From Candidatus Xenobia bacterium (lineage in GTDB: Bacteria; Vulcanimicrobiota; Xenobia; Xenobiales; QWHO01), in contig BTUM01000015.1 of assembly GCA_045863235.1 (NCBI GenBank), forward strand, positions 32,001-96,000: a stretch of 64,000 nt of DNA. The letters run 5' to 3'. Below the pieces are notes generated by a model. It saw nothing but the letters and a program-made list of their open reading frames with translations. It was not told the origin of the DNA and did no database searches. Below, piece after piece: positions 57,504 through 64,000 of the stretch; position 1 is the first letter of the stretch; each line of letters begins with the position of its first letter. Both the position numbers and the translations under genes were made by a program.

Positions 57504-58577
57504 ATGTCGGTTGCGGATGATCCTCAGGCACTGGAAGAGGCAGTCGAGGAGGTCGTCCATCCGACCGCCCGCCGCGGCCGCCGTCGTGCCCTTCTTAACT
57601 TGCTCAGGGCCTGCGTGGGCGTGGGCCTGGCCCTCTACCTCATCAGCGTGGTCATCTCCAGGCAGAAGGTGGATGTCTGGGCTCAGACCGCCGGCAGCAT
57701 CAAGTGGTTGCTTCTCGTGGCCCTCTCCATCCAGCTCGTCTCCATTCTGATCACCACAGTACGCTGGCAATGGCTGCTCAAGGTCCAGCAGATCGAGGTC
57801 TCGCTGCACGACCTTCTGTCGCTCACCATGGTGGGGATGTTCTTTTCCAGCGTGTTGCCCGGCGCGGTGGGGGGCGACGTGCTCAAGATGGTCTACATCG
57901 CCCGCCATGCCCCCACGCGCCGCACCGAGGCCGTGCTCACCATCATGGTCGATCGGGTCATCGGCTTGCTGGGCCTGCTGCTGGTGGCTCTGGTCTCGGT
58001 GATCTTCTCGCTGGACTTCATCCTGGGCGCCAACCGCCAGGTGCAACTGGCCACGATTACCGTGGGAATGGGCAGCGCCGCCGGCATCGCGGGAGTGCTG
58101 GCGGTCATGTTCCGTCGCCATCTCACCGGGCTGCCGCTGGTGTCGGGATTGATCGCTCTCGGCCGCCAGCGCTTGCCGGCCGGGGTGGTGCACATTCTCG
58201 ACCGCCTGGTGCGGGCCCTCGACCTCTACCGAGGAGCCCCTCGAGTCATCGGGGCCGCTCTGGCCATCTCGGCCTTCACCCACGTGTTGGCAGCCCTGAC
58301 GGTCTTTCTGATCGGGCGGGCCTACCATGAGACCCACCTGGGGCTCTGGAGCTATTTCCTGGCCGCCCAGATCGCCAACACCGTGGCCGCGATCCCGATC
58401 ACGCCGGCAGGGTTCGGGGGCCGCGACCTGGTGCTGTCGACCTTCTTCCTGGCAGGCGGTGCGGCCCCGGCCGAGGCGGGCATCATCCCCGTGTTCAACA
58501 CCTTCATCATCCTGTTCTGGAGCCTGATCGGCGGAGTGTTCTTCATCTTCATGCGCCACCCTCGCAAGGGCCCGTAG
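57504..58577 (+). CDS. Lysylphosphatidylglycerol synthase TM-domain / UPF0104 flippase-like protein
   Basis: RWQWLL, LPGAVGGDV, DRVIGL, IPITPAGFGGRD. Confidence 0.9.
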   Translation: MSVADDPQALEEAVEEVVHPTARRGRRRALLNLLRACVGVGLALYLISVVISRQKVDVWAQTAGSIKWLLLVALSIQLVSILITTVRWQWLLKVQQIEVSLHDLLSLTMVGMFFSSVLPGAVGGDVLKMVYIARHAPTRRTEAVLTIMVDRVIGLLGLLLVALVSVIFSLDFILGANRQVQLATITVGMGSAAGIAGVLAVMFRRHLTGLPLVSGLIALGRQRLPAGVVHILDRLVRALDLYRGAPRVIGAALAISAFTHVLAALTVFLIGRAYHETHLGLWSYFLAAQIANTVAAIPITPAGFGGRDLVLSTFFLAGGAAPAEAGIIPVFNTFIILFWSLIGGVFFIFMRHPRKGP

Positions 58578-58726
58578 TCACGGACAATCCAGCAAGCCGC
58601 AAATGGGCGGGCTGTGCTGTGTCCGGCCATCTCTTGAACTCTCCGCGGTCTCGGCGCACTGACCTGACCAGACGTGGGCGACCCAGAGCGGTCCTCTGGT
58701 CGCCCGGAGCGCGATGCGGTCAGACA

Positions 58727-58762
58727 GAGAAAGGCCGGCCCCGCAAGGGACCGGCCTTTCTC
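58727..58762. terminator. Bidirectional intrinsic terminator between convergent genes
   Basis: GAGAAAGGCCGGcCCC-GCAA-GGGaCCGGCCTTTCTC. Confidence 0.75.
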
Positions 58763-58781
58763 ACTGGACCTGGAGGTCAGC

Positions 58782-60938
58782 TTACTTGGAGATGAGTGAG
58801 CTGAAGTCCCAGATCTGCTCGATGCCACCGGGCACCGCAGCCAGTCCGCGCTGAATCACCGGGAAGGTGTTCGGCACCAGGAACTGGGTGGCGACAAAGG
58901 CGCCGGCCTGCAACTGCCCGTGCAGGGTCAGCTGGCCGCCCGGTCCGCCCTGGGCGGGGTCGAGCAGGTAGCCGTGGGAGCCACCCTGCTCCTGGAACAC
59001 ACCTGAGCCATTGAAGACCAGGGTGTTGCCGATGGGGGCGGGGAAGGCGAACGGCGTGGACGCGGTCACCTGGTTGAGGGTGATGGCTGGCAGACCCGGA
59101 GGGGTTACCGAGATCACCTGCTTGGCGTTGACCTGATTCAGGCCCATGGCGATGGTCAGGTCGGTGGTGGCCGAGTTAGGAACCACCTGGTCGTTGAGCA
59201 TCTCCTGTACCAGGATCGCGGTGGGCACATTGCCCTTGAGCGAGCCGGCCAGCATGCGGGGAGCGTAGTTGTAGGGGTCGGCGTCGTCGAGCACGGTCTG
59301 GGCAATCCAGAAGAACTGCCGGAAGGAGATCGTGCCCGGCTCCAGGCCGTTGGCCGCCAGGCCCGGCAGCAGCTGGGCGCTGATGGTGGGAGAGTTGAGC
59401 AGCAGGTTGGTCAGGCGACCGCCGGCCACGTTCAGCACGCCGGTGGTGATGTCTTCCTCGAGGGCGAGGAAGATGCCGCCCAGAATGCCGCCCAGCGACT
59501 GGCCGATGTAGACCGGGCGTGCCGGCGGATTGGGTGCCAGGTCGGGGATGCCGTTGCCGTTGAAATCGGTTGCCCCCCGCGCGATCATGTGAGCCAGGGT
59601 CATCTGGTCGGCAACGGTCTGGCGCATATGGTCGCGGGTCAGGCGCAGGTTGGCCGGATTGATGAAGCCCGTGCCGCTCTGGCCGGCCGGCGGAGGCAGC
59701 GGGTTGAGGCCCGCCTGGGTCTGGCTGCCGTGGCCGACGGCGTCGATGCCGATGACCGCAAAGCCCTGGGAACAGGCCAGGAAAGCAAGAGCCAGCATGT
59801 CTTCCTTGGAGCGGGTGAGGCCGTGCTGGAAGACGATCGTCGGGCGCGGGCCAGGCCCGGCCGGCGGGGAGGCCGGCTGGCAGACCATGAACTGGAGGTT
59901 CAGGGTGCCCTGCGGGGTCGGGTTGTCAGGCGTTCCCTGGAAGAAGGTCTCGTTGGCGGTGTTGACGTTCCCGATGTACTGGGTGGCCGGGAACACGCCG
60001 AAGCGGATGGCGCCCACCACGTTAGGGAACTGGGGCTGCGAGGCCAGGATCCGCTGGCCGGTAGGCCCCAGGCTGTTCAGGAAGGCGGTGACGGCAGCCG
60101 GTCCCACGAACTGGGCTTGCGGGATCATCGTGGGGGTCGGGGTTTCAGCCTCGACCCTCTGATGGATGACCGTCAGGGTCTGGAACAGCTGCTGAGTGGT
60201 GAAGGCGAAGGCAAACGGAATGTCCTCGCGAGGCTGACCCGTGGCCGCCTCGGCCCCCTGCCAGATGGGCTGGTAGGCGGCCCGGACCGGCTCGAGAGCA
60301 CCGGCTTGCTGGTCGTTCAGGAAGGGAAAAACGGAAGTGCCATTTCCATCGACCAGCGGAGTGGTCGACTTCAAGGCCGTTTCGGCGTAGCTCGAGGCGA
60401 CTGCGTTGCCATTGCTGTCGAGCACCCCGGCGGTGATGACCACGATGTGCGGCGCACCCGGGGTAAGCGGTCGGACCGGCTGGGCGATGACCAGTGACTG
60501 GTCGCCCACGTCGCCTGTGCCCACCTCGAAGGTCATCGGTTGCAGCTGGCGGGTGGCGCCGTTGATGACCAGAATCGTCCGGTTGCTCACCGTGGTGGCA
60601 TCGATGTTTGCTGTAAACGGGATGAAGATCGGGCCAGCCGTGGAGAAACCCGAGATCGAGTTCATCGAATCGAAGGGCTCACCGGTTCCGGGTAGAGCAT
60701 TCTGCCCGGTCTGGGGGTTTCGAATCAGGTCGTTGGGAAGAGGAATTCTGAGCTGGAGCGTGGTGGAGGATGGGTCGAAAGTCACGTTCGTCGTGGTCGT
60801 CGGTGTCACCACCGGCGGCCCGTTGAATCCAGCGGGAAGGTCCTTAGTGGTCGTATCCCCGCCGCAGCCGGACCCCACGAAAAGTGTGGTCGCGAGCATG
60901 ACACCCATCGGGACCTTGAAGAATTTTCTGAAGTTCAT
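58782..60938 (-). CDS. Alpha/beta-hydrolase lipoprotein (Pla-1/Cef lipase-like) with Ig-like N-terminus
   Basis: Lipobox GSGC; IPLPNDL, GFST, FQHGL, GID.VGHG, GQSLG nucleophile, DQVVPN, SHG. Confidence 0.88.
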   Translation of the reverse strand: MNFRKFFKVPMGVMLATTLFVGSGCGGDTTTKDLPAGFNGPPVVTPTTTTNVTFDPSSTTLQLRIPLPNDLIRNPQTGQNALPGTGEPFDSMNSISGFSTAGPIFIPFTANIDATTVSNRTILVINGATRQLQPMTFEVGTGDVGDQSLVIAQPVRPLTPGAPHIVVITAGVLDSNGNAVASSYAETALKSTTPLVDGNGTSVFPFLNDQQAGALEPVRAAYQPIWQGAEAATGQPREDIPFAFAFTTQQLFQTLTVIHQRVEAETPTPTMIPQAQFVGPAAVTAFLNSLGPTGQRILASQPQFPNVVGAIRFGVFPATQYIGNVNTANETFFQGTPDNPTPQGTLNLQFMVCQPASPPAGPGPRPTIVFQHGLTRSKEDMLALAFLACSQGFAVIGIDAVGHGSQTQAGLNPLPPPAGQSGTGFINPANLRLTRDHMRQTVADQMTLAHMIARGATDFNGNGIPDLAPNPPARPVYIGQSLGGILGGIFLALEEDITTGVLNVAGGRLTNLLLNSPTISAQLLPGLAANGLEPGTISFRQFFWIAQTVLDDADPYNYAPRMLAGSLKGNVPTAILVQEMLNDQVVPNSATTDLTIAMGLNQVNAKQVISVTPPGLPAITLNQVTASTPFAFPAPIGNTLVFNGSGVFQEQGGSHGYLLDPAQGGPGGQLTLHGQLQAGAFVATQFLVPNTFPVIQRGLAAVPGGIEQIWDFSSLISK

Positions 60939-61089
60939 AGCAACTCCCGACTTGGTTTGGCGCTTCTTCCCCCGCCACGCTCTGAGACTCAACTCCGCAC
61001 GGGAGCTAAGCCGGACCGAGATCGGGGAGGTTGAATTGCCGGCCTTTCGCCGGGGGGGTCAGAACCTCCTCCAAGGACTTTCAATGAAG

Positions 61090-61120
61090 AATGAAACCCT
61101 TTACCGATAAGGATTTCATT
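61090..61120. promoter_or_regulatory. AT-rich inverted repeat, probable operator upstream of the lipase-like gene
   Basis: AATGAAACCCTT-7 nt-AAGGATTTCATT (11 of 12 complementary). Confidence 0.5.
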
Positions 61121-61144
61121 GAGAGGATGACTCTGGAATAAGTT

Positions 61145-61852
61145 TCAAGCTTTCAGGATGGCTACGATGCGCATGACCGAGGGGTCGTCCTCAACCTCGA
61201 AACGCAAACCGTGATAATACTTCTGGCTGCGGGTATCGCGCCGACAACTGCGCACGATGGCGTCTACCGCCATGGAGGGGAGGGCTCCGTACTGATCGAG
61301 GCGCACACGGCATTTGGTGCCGATGCGCACCTCGGTGGTGGAAGAGAGTTGAGCGCCGCCTCGCCCGATGTTGATGAGAGACCCCTCGCAAAGCACGTCG
61401 TCGGAGCGGTTGGTGATATAGGCTGGCAGGCCGTTGGCTTTGATGCGCAGGTGCTGGCGCCGCTCGCGTACGTTGTTCTGAGAGAATCCGTGGGCGGCCA
61501 GGGTATCCTTGACCCAGCTGTTGGCCTTGGCCTCGTCGGTGTCTTCAAAGATCAGGCCCGCGCTCATGCGGTCGATGGCCAGACGACGCGTCCAGACGAC
61601 CCGGCACTTGACCGCCCCCTTGCCCGAGCCAGGTACCATGACGGCCACGATCTCCTTGGCGCTGAGCCCGTCCTTGCTCTCGAGCCGGATCCCGGCCACC
61701 GAAATATCGGTGATCCCGGCGCTGAAGGTCCGTTTCTGGGTACGCACCTCGACCAGGACCCGACATGCCAGTCGCACCATTCGGCGACGCTCGTTCAAAG
61801 CCGGCTTGTGGCCGGGGAGGTAGGTTTGCAGAGTGGCCCACAGTTTCTTCAT
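61145..61852 (-). CDS. Tandem PilZ domain protein
   Basis: ERRRMVR/DISVAG and ERRQHLR/NIGRGG. Confidence 0.9.
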   Translation of the reverse strand: MKKLWATLQTYLPGHKPALNERRRMVRLACRVLVEVRTQKRTFSAGITDISVAGIRLESKDGLSAKEIVAVMVPGSGKGAVKCRVVWTRRLAIDRMSAGLIFEDTDEAKANSWVKDTLAAHGFSQNNVRERRQHLRIKANGLPAYITNRSDDVLCEGSLINIGRGGAQLSSTTEVRIGTKCRVRLDQYGALPSMAVDAIVRSCRRDTRSQKYYHGLRFEVEDDPSVMRIVAILKA

Positions 61853-61920
61853 CGGCCCAGGAAATTCGCGGGAACGTTGGGCCTTCCTCTCGGGGCTTGA
61901 CGAGTCGGTATAATCCCTTC

Positions 61921-63750
61921 ATGCAACGAAACGATCTGCGCAACCTGGCGATCATCGCCCACATCGATCACGGAAAGACCACTCTCGTGGACGGCCTCCT
62001 GCGCCAGGCCGGCATTTTCCGCCCTGGCCAGGACGTGGCCGAGCGCGTGATGGACTCCAATGAGCTCGAGCGCGAGCGGGGCATCACCATCCTCTCCAAG
62101 AACACGGCCGTGGAATACCGCGGCATCACTCTCAACATCGTGGATACCCCGGGCCACGTGGACTTTGCCGGCGAGGTCGAGCGGATCCTCGGAATGGTGG
62201 ACGGCTGCCTGCTGGTGGTGGACGCCTTCGAGGGCCCCATGGCCCAGACGCGCTTCGTGGTCAAGAAGGCGCTGGAGGCCGGGCTCTTGCCCATCCTGGT
62301 GGTCAATAAGATCGACCGCTCGGACGCCCGACCCGAGCAGGTGGTGGATGAGGTTCTGGGACTGTTTATCGACCTTGGTGCCAATGACGAGCAGATCGAC
62401 TTCCCCGTAATCTATGCTTCGGCCAAGCAGCAGGTGGCCTCGCTCGACCCCAAGGGCCCCTTTGAGAGCCTGCAGCCCCTCTATGAGGCAATCTTGGAGC
62501 ATGTTCCCGCGCCCGAGGGCGATCCCGAAGCGCCCCTGCAGATGCTGGTCAGTAGCCTCGACTACGACGAGTACATCGGACGGTTGGCCATCGGGCGCAT
62601 CAGCCAGGGAACCCTGACGGCTCCCCGGCAGGTGGCCTTTGGCTCGCCCGGAGAGACGCTCAAGAAGGGCAAGGTGGCCCAGTTGTTTCGTTTTGAGGGT
62701 CTGAGCCGCAAAGCGGTGGAGTCGGCCACGGTCGGGGACATCGTCTCACTCTCGGGTCTGGCTGAGGTGGGCCTGGGTCAGACCATCACCGAAATCGAGC
62801 GGCCTGCTCTCCTGCCCGGACTTTCGGTGGACGAGCCCACCCTGGCGGCCATGTTCCTGGTATCCAACAGCCCGCTGGCCGGCACCGAAGGCAAGTATGT
62901 GACCTCGCGTCACCTCAACGACCGGCTGATGCGTGAGAAGGAGCGCAACGTTGCTTTGCGGGTCAATCCCACCGATTCACCGGACGTGTTCGAAGTGTGT
63001 GGACGGGGCGAGTTGCACCTTTCCATCCTGATCGAAACCATGCGTCGCGAGGGCTACGAGTTCTGCGTCTCGGCTCCGAGGGTTCTCACCAAGATGGTCG
63101 ACGGGCAGGTGCACGAGCCGCTCGAGCAACTCATCATCGACCTGCCCGAGGAGAACCTTGGCCCGGTCATGGAGACGGTGGGTCTGCGCCGCGCCGAGAT
63201 GATCAACATGAGTGGCTCGGGCACCGGTCGCCTGCGCCTGGAGTTCATCATCCCGGCTCGGGGCCTGATCGGACTACGCTCGGACATCCTCACCCTGACC
63301 CGGGGCTACGGTATCATGAATCACCTGTTCCACGACTATGGTCCCTGGCGAGGCGAGATCGCCGGGCGCACGCGCGGCTCCCTGGTCGCCTCCGAGGCCG
63401 GCGAGGCCACCACCTACGCCCTGCATAACCTGCAGTCGAGCGGCGTGTTCTTCATCGACCCGGGCGAGAGGGTCTACGCCGGCATGGTGGTGGGCGAGCA
63501 CTGCCGCCCGGGAGACCTCGAGGTGAACGTGGCCAAGAAGAAGCACGTAACCAACATTCGTAATTCCGGCGCCGAGGAAAGCCTGCGCCTGGAGGTGCCG
63601 CGCCGCCATTCGCTGGAGCAGGCTCTGGAGTACATCGAAGATGACGAACTGGTGGAGGTCACCCCCCAGAGCATCCGAATCCGCAAGGAGATCCTGGACG
63701 TGCACGTTCGCAACCGCATTCGCAAGGAGAAGAGCCGGCAGGCCAGCTGA
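61921..63750 (+). CDS. typA: Translational GTPase TypA/BipA
   Basis: [45 protein letters not shown]-6 nt-ATG fixes the start. Confidence 0.97.
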   Translation: MQRNDLRNLAIIAHIDHGKTTLVDGLLRQAGIFRPGQDVAERVMDSNELERERGITILSKNTAVEYRGITLNIVDTPGHVDFAGEVERILGMVDGCLLVVDAFEGPMAQTRFVVKKALEAGLLPILVVNKIDRSDARPEQVVDEVLGLFIDLGANDEQIDFPVIYASAKQQVASLDPKGPFESLQPLYEAILEHVPAPEGDPEAPLQMLVSSLDYDEYIGRLAIGRISQGTLTAPRQVAFGSPGETLKKGKVAQLFRFEGLSRKAVESATVGDIVSLSGLAEVGLGQTITEIERPALLPGLSVDEPTLAAMFLVSNSPLAGTEGKYVTSRHLNDRLMREKERNVALRVNPTDSPDVFEVCGRGELHLSILIETMRREGYEFCVSAPRVLTKMVDGQVHEPLEQLIIDLPEENLGPVMETVGLRRAEMINMSGSGTGRLRLEFIIPARGLIGLRSDILTLTRGYGIMNHLFHDYGPWRGEIAGRTRGSLVASEAGEATTYALHNLQSSGVFFIDPGERVYAGMVVGEHCRPGDLEVNVAKKKHVTNIRNSGAEESLRLEVPRRHSLEQALEYIEDDELVEVTPQSIRIRKEILDVHVRNRIRKEKSRQAS

Positions 63751-63836
63751 CCGTACGGTAACAAGCCGTCAACCCGGGACCGAGCCCGGCCGGGTTATCC
63801 TCGGGCCGAAAATGCGGACCTGGAGGAGCACCAACC

Positions 63837-64000
63837 ATGCAGATCGCAAACCTGGCTACCTTTCCTCAGGCGGCGGCCAAACAACAAAAGAGCAGCCGCC
63901 CCGAGCCCGGGCCAGATGACACTTCCGACCCCGACTTTGGGGATAACCGGCGCAACGACGACGGACCTGACTCGGTTTACGACCCCGACTTCGGCGGACG
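63837..64000 (+). CDS. 5' part of an Asp/Pro-rich repeat protein (runs off window edge)
   Basis: GGAGGAG RBS; MQIANLATF...GPDDTSDPDFG...GPDSVYDPDFG. Confidence 0.6.
   Translation, partial: MQIANLATFPQAAAKQQKSSRPEPGPDDTSDPDFGDNRRNDDGPDSVYDPDFGG

Noticed and set aside
61085..61110. sigma28 promoter (ACCGATAA)
   Set aside because: Points antisense into the PilZ gene, -35 spacing is off, and it sits in the loop of the dyad

Overview
High-GC bacterial chromosomal window, densely coding (about 65 CDS). No rRNA, tRNA, CRISPR array, transposase or integrase was recognised. Gene style (receptor-like Ser/Thr kinase, several PilZ and pilin-like genes, many orphan helical proteins) suggests Ca. Eremiobacterota/Vulcanimicrobiota, but this is inference only. 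Recognisable content: arsR with the start of arsM, an M48 peptidase, a YHYH protein with an OmpR-type two-component system, a lipid-anchored CBM2-CBM2-GH5 cellulase, a CYP102 (P450 BM3-type) fusion, thiolase/hbd, comEA, hpt, an ECF sigma/anti-sigma/RseB-like locus with its own consensus promoter, fhs, an ADP-ribosylglycohydrolase fusion, a class A beta-lactamase-like hydrolase, a lipase-like lipoprotein and typA. Best candidates for undescribed biology: (1) a coupled operon of receptor-like Ser/Thr kinase, a GAF-PilC fusion and two pilins, facing a PilX-like gene; (2) a 19-residue C-terminal motif shared without gaps by two unrelated orphan proteins 47 kb apart (possible sorting or docking tag); (3) a six-Cys Gly-rich small protein with its own transcription unit behind OmpR-type direct repeats; (4) an ARG-ARPP fusion under an NrtR-like operator; (5) repeated leaderless TAnnnT-N6-start promoters that also reveal unannotated small ORFs. 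All family assignments come from motif recognition by eye, not database searches.
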